From contig CAWIKF010000002.1 in NCBI GenBank assembly GCA_963836755.1, positions 704,001 through 768,000 on the forward strand: a DNA stretch of 64,000 nucleotides, read 5' to 3'. The DNA is from an uncultured Verrucomicrobiae bacterium (lineage in GTDB: Bacteria; Verrucomicrobiota; Verrucomicrobiia; Chthoniobacterales; Chthoniobacteraceae). Shown here piece by piece: positions 9,879 to 20,400 of this stretch (position 1 is the first letter of the stretch; the number at the start of each line of letters is the position of its first letter). The position numbers were made by a program, and so were the translations under genes. The notes below the pieces were generated by a model, which made no database searches, was not told the DNA's origin, and was given only the letters and a program-made list of their open reading frames with translations.

Positions 9879-12800
9879 TCACCGGAAATCGTGCGAAGCC
9901 GAAACGGCCAGCTCATCACCTGCGAGCCGTTCGATCGTGCGGGCTTTCACATGGATGATCTCCTTGGCGTTTTGGAGTGAACCTTCGATCTGGAGAAAAC
10001 TTTCCTGCGTGATGAGCAATCGCATCTTTTCAAATAACTGCGGGGTCACGATCGCATTTGCCACGCCGGTTTCATCTTCGAGGCTGATGAAGACGAAGCC
10101 TTTCGCGGTGCCGGGTCTTTGACGACAAATGACCGCGCCCGCGATGCGCACTGTTTCACCAGCGCGCGCATGGACGAGATCGGCAGCGCACCAAATATTT
10201 TCCGCGAGCTTGGGCCGAATCAATGCCATCGGGTGTGGTCCTGTCGTCAAATTTGTGCCGACGTAATCGGCGCGCACGCGCTCAAACGCATCCATCGGGA
10301 TCAGCGGAGTTGCTTCCGCTTCACGCAGCGGAGCGAAGAGATCATTGGCGGCAAAGTCGCCTTCCACTTTCCAAAGCGCATCGCGCCGATGATCGGCCAG
10401 GCCGTTGAGTGCGCCAATGCTTGCGAGGGTCCGCAGCTCGCTTTTATCGACACGACTGCGGAGTTTGAAATCTTCCAGCGAGAAGTAACGCGCGCTCCTG
10501 GCCTCGGCTGCAATGCGTTCGCCCGTGGCGCGATTGAGTCCATTCACAATGCACAGCCCGAGCCGGATCGAGTCATCGTTTTCAATGGTGCAGCGATACT
10601 CGGAGCAGAGCACAGACACCGGCCGAATCCTCAGCCCATGCCTGCGCGCATCTTTGACGAGCGTGGCCGGTGAGTAAAAACCCATCGGCTGATTATTGAG
10701 CAGCGAGGCAAAAAATTCCGGTGCGCGATGCACTTTTAACCACGCGGAACCGTAGGCGATCAGCGCGAAGGAAATCGCATGGCTTTCAGGAAATCCATAG
10801 ACCGCAAACGACTGCACCGCCTTTGTGATTTGATCGACGACGTCTGGCGCAACGCCGTTTTTTTCCATCCCCGCGCGCAGTTTCACGCAGACTTTTTCCA
10901 TGCGTTCCTGCGACCGATGAAAGGAAAGCGCGCGCCGCAATTCCTCCGCTTCGCTGCCGCTGAAATCGGCCATGACCATCGCCATTTTCAGAAGTTGTTC
11001 CTGAAAAAGCGGGATGCCGAGCGTGCGCGCGAGCACCGGTTTCAAACGTTCGTCGAAAAAAGTCACCGCCTCCGTTCCCTCACGCCGCGCGAGATATGGA
11101 TGCACCATTTCACCCTGGATCGGGCCCGGCCGGATGATCGCGACCTCGACCACGACATCGTAAAAACATTTTGGTTTCAACCGCGGCAACGTTGCCATCT
11201 GCGCGCGACTCTCGATTTGAAACACGCCGATCGTATCCGCGCGGCACATCAAATCAAACGTCGCCACATCGTCTTTCGGAATCGCCGCGAGATCGACCGG
11301 CCGCTTCCGGTCAGCGCACAATTCGATCGTATCCTGCATCACCGCCATCATCCCGAGCCCGAGCAAATCCACCTTGATGATGCCGCGATCCTCGCAGTCA
11401 TCCTTGTCCCATTGCGCGACCACGCGGCCTGGCATCGACGCATTCTCCAGCGGCACGATCGAGTCGAGTTTTCCCTGGCAAATAATCATCCCGCCCGAGT
11501 GCTGCCCGAGATGTCGCGGCAGCCCGTAGATCCTTTGGTAGAGCCGCACGGCGGCCGATGCGCGCGGATGTTGCAGCGGCAATCCCGACTTCTGCATTTG
11601 CGTTTGCAAATCGAGCGTGTGCGGGAAATCGCCGCTCGCAAAAAGGCTCGAAAAACGGCTCAGCACATCGGTAGAAAAGTTGAGCGCCTTGCCGATTTCG
11701 CGCATCGCACTTTTGCCGCGAAATGTGATCACATTCGCCGTCATCGCCGCGCCATGTTTGCCGTAGCGCCGATAGATTTCCTGGATCACGCTCTCGCGCC
11801 GCTCGCCACTCGGCAGGTCGAGATCGATGTCAGGCCAGCTCGTCCGGCCTTCGCTCAGAAAACGCTCAAACAGCAGATTGTTTGAAATCGGATCGCACGC
11901 CGTGATGCCGAGCGAATAGCAGACCGCGGAGTTCGCCGCGCTGCCGCGACCTTGCATCAAAATGTTTTGCTCCGAGCAAAAATTCGCGATGTCCCAGACG
12001 ATCAAAAAGTAACCGGCAAACCCGAGCTTCTCGATCAGCGCGAGCTCGCGATTGAGCTGCGCGAGCACTTTTTTCCCGACGTGCGAATAGCGCGCCCGCG
12101 CGCCCGCCAGCGTCATCTTGCGCAAAAACGAGTCCATCGTTTCGCCATCGCGCACCGGATATTTAGGAAATTCATAGCCGAGATTTTCGAGCGAAAATTC
12201 CAGCCGTTCCGCCAGCGCCACGCTGTTTTCAATCGCGTCCGGATGATCGCGAAAAAGCGCGCGCATCTGCGCCGGACATTTCAAATACCGCTCGTCATTG
12301 CGCGCGAGCAATTTTCCCGCGGCATCGAGATGCGTGTGATTTCGCGCGCAGGTGAAAACATCCAGCACCTCGCGCTGATCGCGCGTCGCATGCGTCACGC
12401 CATTGGTCGCGAGCAGCGGCAGCGAAAAAGTGCGCGCGATTTCCGCGAGCTGATCGAGGAAATATTCTTCGCCTTGCACGAGATGCCGCTGCATTTCGAC
12501 GAACACATTTTGTTTTCCAAAAATGCGCGTCAAAGTTTCCACACTCTCGCGAGCGGCTTTCAAATCATCCCGCGCGATCGCGCGCCGCAGCGGACCTTCG
12601 TCATCGCCAGTCAGCGCCACGAGCCCTTCGGAAAATTCCGGCAGCTCATCCCATCGCACCGCACATTCCGTTTTCGTGCCGCGCAATTTCGCGCGCGTGA
12701 TCAGCCGGCAAAGATGTTGATAACCGGTGCGCGACTCGACCAGCACCGGCAAAATCGCGCCGCATTCCATCGTCAATTCCGCGCCGACAATCGCGCGGAT

Positions 12801-12986
12801 TCCCTGCTCTTTGGCTGCTGCATGCAGACGCGGCGAACCATAAACGCCGTCGCGGTCGCAAAGTGCAATCGCCTGCAAACCCAGCTGCGAAGCCACTTCC
12901 GCGAGATGCTCGGGAAATGCGGCACCGCGTAAAAAACTCAGCGCGCTCCGCGCGTGCAGCTCAACGTAGCGCGACAAATTCTTCAT
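9879..12986 (-). CDS. dnaE2: Error-prone DNA polymerase DnaE2 (ImuC)
   Basis: PHP start ELHARSALSFLRG; GRGSAANS; PDIDLD; GFPESHA; RQRPGTAKG; C-terminal SHDFR. Start trimmed to MKNLSRY. Confidence 0.95.
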   Translation of the reverse strand: MKNLSRYVELHARSALSFLRGAAFPEHLAEVASQLGLQAIALCDRDGVYGSPRLHAAAKEQGIRAIVGAELTMECGAILPVLVESRTGYQHLCRLITRAKLRGTKTECAVRWDELPEFSEGLVALTGDDEGPLRRAIARDDLKAARESVETLTRIFGKQNVFVEMQRHLVQGEEYFLDQLAEIARTFSLPLLATNGVTHATRDQREVLDVFTCARNHTHLDAAGKLLARNDERYLKCPAQMRALFRDHPDAIENSVALAERLEFSLENLGYEFPKYPVRDGETMDSFLRKMTLAGARARYSHVGKKVLAQLNRELALIEKLGFAGYFLIVWDIANFCSEQNILMQGRGSAANSAVCYSLGITACDPISNNLLFERFLSEGRTSWPDIDLDLPSGERRESVIQEIYRRYGKHGAAMTANVITFRGKSAMREIGKALNFSTDVLSRFSSLFASGDFPHTLDLQTQMQKSGLPLQHPRASAAVRLYQRIYGLPRHLGQHSGGMIICQGKLDSIVPLENASMPGRVVAQWDKDDCEDRGIIKVDLLGLGMMAVMQDTIELCADRKRPVDLAAIPKDDVATFDLMCRADTIGVFQIESRAQMATLPRLKPKCFYDVVVEVAIIRPGPIQGEMVHPYLARREGTEAVTFFDERLKPVLARTLGIPLFQEQLLKMAMVMADFSGSEAEELRRALSFHRSQERMEKVCVKLRAGMEKNGVAPDVVDQITKAVQSFAVYGFPESHAISFALIAYGSAWLKVHRAPEFFASLLNNQPMGFYSPATLVKDARRHGLRIRPVSVLCSEYRCTIENDDSIRLGLCIVNGLNRATGERIAAEARSARYFSLEDFKLRSRVDKSELRTLASIGALNGLADHRRDALWKVEGDFAANDLFAPLREAEATPLIPMDAFERVRADYVGTNLTTGPHPMALIRPKLAENIWCAADLVHARAGETVRIAGAVICRQRPGTAKGFVFISLEDETGVANAIVTPQLFEKMRLLITQESFLQIEGSLQNAKEIIHVKARTIERLAGDELAVSASHDFR

Positions 12987-14430
12987 AACATCCTTCGACA
13001 AGCCATTGGTCCTGCTGGCGGGAGAGGAGGTAAATTCCCTCCTCCGTCTCCACAATCCATTGCTCGATTGCCCACGCTTTTTCATCCCACCAATCGCCGG
13101 AGAGCCGGTGCGGACCGAGCGCATCTTTGATCGCGCCATGCGCTTTTTCCGAAACGACAAAATGGGGCGCGTGATTTTTCAGCGAAACCTGTGCGCGAAA
13201 TGGCGGACGAAAACGCCTCAGCGGCAGACCAACTTTGACGCCATTCGAGTGCTGAACTTCGGCGTCAAAGTTTGAAAAATCGGGCGCGCGCAATTCGCAC
13301 GCATCCGGCCGATGCGTCGGTTGCAGCGCGGGAAATCCGACGTTTTCCGCGCCAAGCAAAGCAGTGAGTCGGGCGAGCGTTTCGCTGAATCGATTCGGAT
13401 CGCGGATTGAATTTTCAAACAGCCCAAACTGTTGTCGATGCGGTTTGGACGGCTCCACGACAAGGTTTGCGGCGATCGGGCCGTGCTCAAGTTTGAGCTG
13501 CTCGAGATGCGTGTCGAGAATCCGGAACAGCACTTCGATCTCATTCGTTGGCGCTGGGATGGAAAATTCGCGTTCATGTTTTCCGCCATTGGAAAGCGGC
13601 AGCGTCAGCGTCATTTTCGCCGCGACGCGATAGGTGAGCTCGAGTCGCCGCGTCAGCGAATCGAGAAATCGCCGGATGATGAAAAGCAGCGGCTCGAGCG
13701 TTTCGATCTCGCGCTCGAAATCAAATGTCTCGCAGAAAATCTCCGGCGTGCGCACCAGTTTGAGCAAGCGCTCGCCGCGCCCATGCGCCGCATTCCAGAG
13801 GCGGTGACCTTCCTCGCCGAGCCGCGCCGTGAGCCCATCCAGCGGCAATCGCGCGAGATCGCCGAGATTGTGAATGCCCCAATCGCGCAGAATTTTCGCA
13901 GCGGTTGGATTCGGTGAAAGCGCAGTAAGCGGTTTTTGAAAAAGGAATTTCGCGCTGTCGCGAACGATGCAAACTGAATCGCTTGATTGGGCTGCAAGCA
14001 AGGCCAGGCCAGGGTTTACGGCGATTCCCACCTGTGCTTGCAGATCAAAGTCGGCGGCAACTTTGATCGCATTCGCCGCCCATTTTTCCATGTCGGTCAC
14101 CTGCGCGCATCGCAGGTCGAGCGTGCAAATTTCCGGCGCAGTCTGCTCCACATAAAGCGAAAGTGAGCATGCGATTTCGCGCAGCATTTCGCTCATCGCT
14201 TTTTCCTGATCGATGGCGCGCGAAAAAATTTGCAGCGCCGGCGAACGCGCCAGCGCCTGGCTCGATGTCATGCCGCGCTCGATCCCGTCGCGCTCCGTGC
14301 CCACGGAAAATTCGACAATTCGGCCCGGCTCGCCATCGACGATTGCAATAGGCGTTTGCGGAGACATTCGCGGGCGAAAACGGAGTGCGGCTTGCAATTG
14401 AAAACGAGGAAGAAAAATCGCGGCGAACAT
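12961..14430 (-). CDS. imuB: Inactive Y-family polymerase-like protein ImuB
   Basis: Y-family-like N-terminus; C-terminal GPHRLSGDWW motif; overlaps the dnaE2 start. Confidence 0.88.
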   Translation of the reverse strand: MFAAIFLPRFQLQAALRFRPRMSPQTPIAIVDGEPGRIVEFSVGTERDGIERGMTSSQALARSPALQIFSRAIDQEKAMSEMLREIACSLSLYVEQTAPEICTLDLRCAQVTDMEKWAANAIKVAADFDLQAQVGIAVNPGLALLAAQSSDSVCIVRDSAKFLFQKPLTALSPNPTAAKILRDWGIHNLGDLARLPLDGLTARLGEEGHRLWNAAHGRGERLLKLVRTPEIFCETFDFEREIETLEPLLFIIRRFLDSLTRRLELTYRVAAKMTLTLPLSNGGKHEREFSIPAPTNEIEVLFRILDTHLEQLKLEHGPIAANLVVEPSKPHRQQFGLFENSIRDPNRFSETLARLTALLGAENVGFPALQPTHRPDACELRAPDFSNFDAEVQHSNGVKVGLPLRRFRPPFRAQVSLKNHAPHFVVSEKAHGAIKDALGPHRLSGDWWDEKAWAIEQWIVETEEGIYLLSRQQDQWLVEGCYEEFVALR

Positions 14431-14434
14431 GGTG

Positions 14435-15109
14435 TCATGCGGTTTGCGCGAGCAGCGGCGCAGTGGCTTCGATCGATTGAAAACGTTGTTTGCAACTGGT
14501 GATCTGCAGCTCGCGCACGAGGTCTGCGCGGCGCATCCGCATCGCGCGCAAAGTCAATGGCCGCGCTGTTCCCAGCTGCAGGCGCAGCGTGGCGGCCTCG
14601 ATCATCGGCTTGGGCGTGAAGGCGATGAGTGTCGTCGTTTTTTTCTCCTCCAAAATGCGCTGGAAGCGATACCAGGTGCTCGCCGGGATGCGGCGCAGTT
14701 GCTGGGCTGGCGCGAATTGGAGATCGAGAATCAGCAGCGGCAAATTCCCATCTCTCACGAGGAGATCAGCGGCTTTAATCGCCTGCGCTGCCTCCGGACA
14801 ACGCACCCACAACAGTCGCGAAAGAGAATTTTCTAAAACTTCTTCGGGATGGAATCCTCCACCGTTGTCGATCAAACCTGCGAGCAATCCTCGCCGCGTC
14901 AGATCATCGAGAAGTGCAGCGCATAAAAGGGATCCGCGCGCAACGGAGACAGAAGTTTCCACAATCGAATATCGAGGAATGCCACCAAACATTTCATCGA
15001 GCTGGGGCAATCCTGTGGCGAAAAATTCCGTGCGCAGTGAGATTTGCGGAGGCGAAAATTTCGCGGCCAGCAGTCCACGAAGTTCGATGATTTTTCGAGA
15101 TGCCTCCAC
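14435..15109 (-). CDS. imuA: RecA-like ImuA-type protein
   Basis: ATGLPQLDEMFGGIPR and RLLWVRC...LLILD motifs; no intact Walker A; first gene before imuB-dnaE2. Confidence 0.75.
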   Translation of the reverse strand: MEASRKIIELRGLLAAKFSPPQISLRTEFFATGLPQLDEMFGGIPRYSIVETSVSVARGSLLCAALLDDLTRRGLLAGLIDNGGGFHPEEVLENSLSRLLWVRCPEAAQAIKAADLLVRDGNLPLLILDLQFAPAQQLRRIPASTWYRFQRILEEKKTTTLIAFTPKPMIEAATLRLQLGTARPLTLRAMRMRRADLVRELQITSCKQRFQSIEATAPLLAQTA

Positions 15110-15135
15110 ATCGGCACACTAAACTTTGTGAGAAA

Positions 15136-15153
15136 AGTGTTCAAGCGAACACT
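15136..15153. promoter_or_regulatory. LexA/SOS box of Verrucomicrobia type (TGTTC-N4-GAACA)
   Basis: AGTGTTCAAGCGAACACT palindrome about 27 nt upstream of the imuA start. Confidence 0.85.
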
Positions 15154-15413
15154 ATATTGGATGAGCAAGTAAATTCAATTTGGCCGTTTTTGAAGTAAAT
15201 GCGGTGCCGCTTAACTGCAAACCAGCGGAGGAATGCACGCTGGAAACAACCTCTCCCCAAGACTCAGTTTTAAAACCAAAGGGCGCTTAATTTGCTTGCC
15301 GGGAATGGAAAATCACGCGAGATAAACGCGTGTTTGGCTGACTGGCTGGCTTCGTTCTCCCCATCAGGCGAAACGAAGGCGGTTCCGGGCATTCCGAACG
15401 AAAACAAATTTTT

Positions 15414-15501
15414 GGTGAGGTGGCTGAGAGGTCGAAAGCAGCGCTTTGCTAAAGCGCCGTAGTCCAAAAGGCTACCGAGGGTTCGAATCCCTCCCTCACC
15501 G
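15414..15501 (+). tRNA. tRNA-Ser(GCT)
   Basis: Acceptor GGTGAGG/CCTCACC; anticodon arm GCGCT-TTGCTAA-AGCGC; long variable arm; GGTTCGAATCC; CCA not encoded. Confidence 0.95.
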
Positions 15502-15552
15502 TTTGTTTTTCGCCGCTACGGCTGGCGGCAAAGTTCCTAGTGCGCACGCTTT

Positions 15553-16143
15553 TTAAAGAATCCCCTTTGTGCTCGGGATGCCGGTGACGCGCGGATCAAG
15601 CTGGCATGCGGCGTCGACGGCTTTCGCGAGTCCCTTGAAGACGCTCTCGGCCATGTGGTGCGGGTCGCGCCCGTAAAGGATTTCGACGTGGAGGTTGATG
15701 CCGGCGTGGACGGCAAAGCCGCGCAGGAATTCCTCGACGAGCTGAAAGCTGAATGGGCCAATGGCCTCGACACCGGCGGGCGCGCGGTATTCGAGATAAG
15801 GTCTGCCGCTGAAATCGAGCGCCACGCGCGTCAAAGTTTCATCCATCGGCAGATACGCATGGCCGTAGCGGCGGATGCCGCGTTTGTCGCCGAGCGCTTT
15901 TGCAAAGGCCTGACCAAGCGCGATGCCGACATCCTCGACGGTGTGATGAAGATCGACGTCGATGTCGCCTTCGGCCTGCACTTCGAGATCGATGAGGCTG
16001 TGGCGCGCGAAAAGCGCGAGCATGTGATCGAAAAACGGAATCTGTGTCGCGACGGTGCTGGTGCCCGCGCCGTCGATGAGGAGATCGAGGACGATGCTGG
16101 TCTCGCTGGTTTTGCGCTCGATGCGCGCGGCTCGGGCGCTCAA
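15553..16143 (-). CDS. hisB: Imidazoleglycerol-phosphate dehydratase
   Basis: DLHHTVED, PMDETL, DPHHMAESVFK and PSTKG motifs. Confidence 0.97.
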   Translation of the reverse strand: MSARAARIERKTSETSIVLDLLIDGAGTSTVATQIPFFDHMLALFARHSLIDLEVQAEGDIDVDLHHTVEDVGIALGQAFAKALGDKRGIRRYGHAYLPMDETLTRVALDFSGRPYLEYRAPAGVEAIGPFSFQLVEEFLRGFAVHAGINLHVEILYGRDPHHMAESVFKGLAKAVDAACQLDPRVTGIPSTKGIL

Positions 16144-17417
16144 GCGCTGGTTTCCTTTCGCATCTGTTTCCGGCTGATGAAAGTTCCGACCGCGATGACC
16201 AATCCGACTGCGACGACGATGGTGGCGGCGCCGGGGATGGTCATGAAAAACGAATGCTCCTCTACCGGCGCGGGCGACGCGGCGGCTTGCGGAGCGGGCG
16301 AGGATACATGCCGTGGCGTGGGCGACGGGCCGGGGGTGGTGACTGCCTTGGGAGTCGGTGTGGGGGTGGCCTGTTGCTGTTTCAAGCGGCCGCTCCAGAA
16401 AATGGCAGCTTCGTTTTGCGGCCAGAGCGTGAGCGCGTCCTTGAACGACGCTTCCGCTGCAGAGTAATTTTTCGCATCGAGTGCGGTGCGGCCGGAATCA
16501 ACTTTCGCGATGGATTCGCGCATTTTGGCGACCGGCACATTCGCAAGCCGCTGGGCTTCGGACGGGACGATTTTTTGCAAGGCGATGACGCTGGTGGAGG
16601 AGCGGGCAATGAACGGCGTCCATTTCGCACCGGTCTTTTGCGCGGCGAGCACAGCGGCATCGTAGCCGGCCTGCTCGCGCTTCGCGGATTCGATCAGCTC
16701 CGATTTCTTCGGCTCAGAAGTCAGAGCGAGCACATCTTTAAATTGGTTGAGATCGTAGGCTTGCGTTTGCGCAGCGCCGGTCAATCCCTTCGCGAGACTC
16801 GCCAGCAGTTGCGACGCAAACACGACAGCGTCGGGATAAACACGGGTCGTCGCATAGCTTTTCTCGATCTGGTCAAACGTGTTCAGCGCGCCGATGACAT
16901 CACCGGAGGCAGCCTGCTGCGCCATTGTCCCATATAACTCCTGCGCTTGGATCTGGATCTTGCGCAACTCGGCCTGGTCCTTCGTGATCCAGCGCCCGAG
17001 ATATTTCACTTCGCCCGCGACCGCGTGCGTTTTTTCAGCCTCGAACGCGTCGATCTCGGTTTGAACTTCCGCGTGATGGCTGCTTTGCGGGAAGTTAGTT
17101 TGAAAGGCCTGCAGCGTCGTGAGGATGCGATCGTAGGTGCCGAGCCCGTAGGAACTTTGCGGGTTTGGCTTTAAACCTTTGAGGTCCGCGAATGCGATCT
17201 CATCCGGCTGCGCCTTTGCGATGTTCGCGATCTCGTCTCGATGAATGACGCGCTGATCGGTAATCGACGGAGAAACCTGCACTTCGACGGTGACGGCCGT
17301 CGCGGTCTCCTGGACAACTTTTCCGTCAACTTTTTCACCGGACTTTAACGTCACGGTATCGGCCGAAGCATCGTAGAGAATGACTGGTAGGAGGAACAGC
17401 CCGAACACTTTTCGCAT
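16140..17417 (-). CDS. Exported helical protein with C-terminal membrane anchor
   Basis: Signal peptide then ADTVTLKSGEKVDGKV; TPR-like helices; Pro/Thr linker; C-terminal TM segment plus basic tail; 4-nt overlap with hisB. Confidence 0.7.
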   Translation of the reverse strand: MRKVFGLFLLPVILYDASADTVTLKSGEKVDGKVVQETATAVTVEVQVSPSITDQRVIHRDEIANIAKAQPDEIAFADLKGLKPNPQSSYGLGTYDRILTTLQAFQTNFPQSSHHAEVQTEIDAFEAEKTHAVAGEVKYLGRWITKDQAELRKIQIQAQELYGTMAQQAASGDVIGALNTFDQIEKSYATTRVYPDAVVFASQLLASLAKGLTGAAQTQAYDLNQFKDVLALTSEPKKSELIESAKREQAGYDAAVLAAQKTGAKWTPFIARSSTSVIALQKIVPSEAQRLANVPVAKMRESIAKVDSGRTALDAKNYSAAEASFKDALTLWPQNEAAIFWSGRLKQQQATPTPTPKAVTTPGPSPTPRHVSSPAPQAAASPAPVEEHSFFMTIPGAATIVVAVGLVIAVGTFISRKQMRKETSA

Positions 17418-17459
17418 GTGCGAATGTTCGGGGCAGACTCAATTTGCGTCCAGCGGAAA

Positions 17460-20400
17460 TTAGGCGCGCGTGTGGAGCTGGCGCTTGAGGCTGATGTGTA
17501 AAAGCCCGAGCGTGATTCCAGAAAATGCGAGCAGCACGAAGGCGTTGAAAACGAGAACGCTGCACTCGAACCGGCCAAAGTTTTTCAACGGGCCGAAGAA
17601 AACGTTGATGCTTTTCGTGCGGCGATAATCGGCCTGCTCGGTCTCCGCCTTTGAGACGAGATCGGTGATCTTTTGATTGACGAAAACCTGCTCCGCCGAG
17701 ACCAAGCCGTGACGCGGTTTCAGCTCGGTGGCGGCGAGCGCCTGGCCTTGAATCACTCTGTCCACTTTCCGCAACCGCTTGTTTAACTCATCCACGTTGG
17801 TTGCCTCGAGCCCCGAAAGCAGAGCGAGAGTGTCTTTCAAGTCATCGAGACGGTCATTCTGCGCCGGCGTCCGCTCCTCGCGGGCGACGAGATCGTCGAT
17901 TTCATCCTGCAATTTTTCCTGGCGCAATGTGAGCGGATTCAGCTTCGCCTGCGAGACGACGAGCGCCTCGTAGCTCCAGCGCATCGGCATGAACTCGCAC
18001 AAAATCGGCACCTGCAAATCGCTCTCGCGCTTGCCCACCTCCGCGCCCGGATGCGTCGAAAAAAAGCGCTGCACTGTATAAATGAAATCGAGGTCGCGAT
18101 TCATGTCCTCATATTTAATGAGCGCGCCGCCGAGGATGATGTTCGGGATCAAAATCAGCGGGACAATGTTCGCCGCCGTTTTTCCATCAGCGACGAGCGA
18201 CGAGATGAAAAGGCCGAGCGTGACGCCGCCAAGCGCCGTGATGAAGTTGAAGAAAAAGTGCGGCCAAAACATTCCGCGCACCTCGAGGATCGCATTGCCG
18301 ATGAGGACGAAAAGCGCGCATTGCGCTGCTGCGAAAAGCGCGAGCGTTGTCGCTTTTGCAAAAATATAATACGGCAGGCGGACGTTTAAATTTCGCTCCC
18401 GCTGCAGCACTGCGCGGTCGCGAATGATGTCGTCCGCGCTGTTCGTGAGGCCGAGGAACATCCCGACCACGAGGCTCAAAAAAAGATACGTCGGGATGTG
18501 ATATGCCGACGCGAAATCATATGTCCCCGAGTCCGAGTAGCGGAGCACCGCGCCGATCAGCGCCGCGAGCACCGGCGCCTCGACGATCGTCGTGAGCAGG
18601 TTCGCGCGATTGCGCATTTTCGAGATGAAGGCGCGCTGCACCAAAATGCGCAGCTGCGTCCACTCGTCGCGCCAGCGCAATGCCTCGCGCTTCCGCACCG
18701 GAGCAGCCGGCAGCGGCAGCGGCTCCTTACGCACGGCGACCTGCCGCATATCCTGCAGCAGCCGGAATGACTCGTATTTATCGCGCCAAAAATCTGGCGA
18801 AAAACGCCGCGCCGGCATGAGCTGGCCCTCGGAATTTTCTTCAAAAATCATGTCGCCGCTCAAGTCGCGCAGCGGCGTCTCGAGCACATCGAAAATGAAC
18901 TCCGGCCGCGTCGTGCCACACGCCGGGCATTCGCCGAGCTCGGTGCCAAAATGCTGCTCGTGCTCGGCCTGCGCGAAATACGAAAGCATCTCGTGCGGTG
19001 TGCCGTAAAAAACGAGTTTCCCGCCTTTATCAAGCAGCAACGCCTTGCTAAACATCTGAAAAAGTTTCGACGTCGGCTGATGGATCGTCACGAGCACGAT
19101 TTTGTTGTGCGCCATCGCGCGGATGATCTCGATGACGTGCTCCGCGTCCTTTGACGAAAGGCCGCTCGTCGGCTCGTCAAAAAGGAAAACGTCGGCGCTG
19201 CCGATCATGTCGAGACCGATGTTGAGACGCTTGCGCTCGCCGCCGCTCAGCGTTTTTTTCACCGGACTTCCGACGACGCTGTCGCGCCGCTCGTTCAGAC
19301 CAAGCTCGATTAATTTTCCCTCGATCCGCCGCGCGCGATCCCGATTCGAGAGATGGGGCGCGCGGATCGCCGCGGCGAAATCGAGATTTTCCTCGATCGT
19401 CAAATGCTCGTCGAATGCGTCTTCCTGCGGGACGTAACTGATGTAACCTTTCAGCGCGTCGATGTGCTCGTAAAGGCGCTGGCCATTGAGCAAAATTTCT
19501 CCGCTTTGCGGCTGGAGCTGGCCCGCGAGCGTGCGCATGAGCGTGCTTTTTCCGGAGCCGCTCGCGCCCATCACGCAGACCATTTCGCCCCGCGTCACGG
19601 AGAACGAAACGCCGTCGAGCGCGGTCTCGCCTTCGCGGAAGCGATGGTTCAAATCGCGTAGCTCGAGCGTGCTGATGATGTTTCGCTCTTCCTCGATGAT
19701 CCGCTCGCCGAAATCGCAGCGCAGCACCTGGCCGGTATCGATGCGGATCGTGTCGCCATCAGCCAACGGCGCCGAATTGCGCACCGGAATTTCGCCGATC
19801 AAAATCGGCCGATCGGCTTGCAGCACATCGAGATGGCCGACTTTTTTTTCATAGTCGCATTGGATTTTTAAAAGCACCTCGCCGCCGGTTCCGGGCGAAA
19901 GCAAAATGTCGTCTTCCTCGAGCAGGCCGGGATTGTTTGAAACGAGATATTCGGACTTGTGCGCTTTGAGCTGAAAGCGCCCGCCGAGCGCGCGCGCGCG
20001 GCGTCGCAGGTCGATCAACGCCAGCTCGGAATCATTGTGAAAAATGATTTTGTCCTCGAGCGTTCCCTCGACCAAAGCGCCCGCATTCAGCCGCACGCCG
20101 TTTAGCACGGCGTCAATCGCCTTCAGCGCTTTCACCTGAACTTTGAGCCCAAACCGCACCTCGATCGCGCTGTCGCGTGAACGCGATTTTTCCAGCGACA
20201 CCTCATCTTCTTTGTTAACGCTCAGATAAACTTGCGCCAGCGAAACGTTTTTCTTCGCGTTAAAGTAATAGACGAGGTCCTGATACGTCAGCACCTGCTC
20301 GCCGAGCAAAATCCGCTGCCCGGAATAGACGCGGCAAAATTCGCCATTTGCGAGCGGCCGGCCGCGCACCGCGATTGGGCGATTGCTTTGATTTTTGAGC

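Noticed and set aside
17401..17431. Palindrome CCGAACA...TGTTCGG as a second SOS box
   Set aside because: Half-sites are in the opposite order and spaced far wider than N4.
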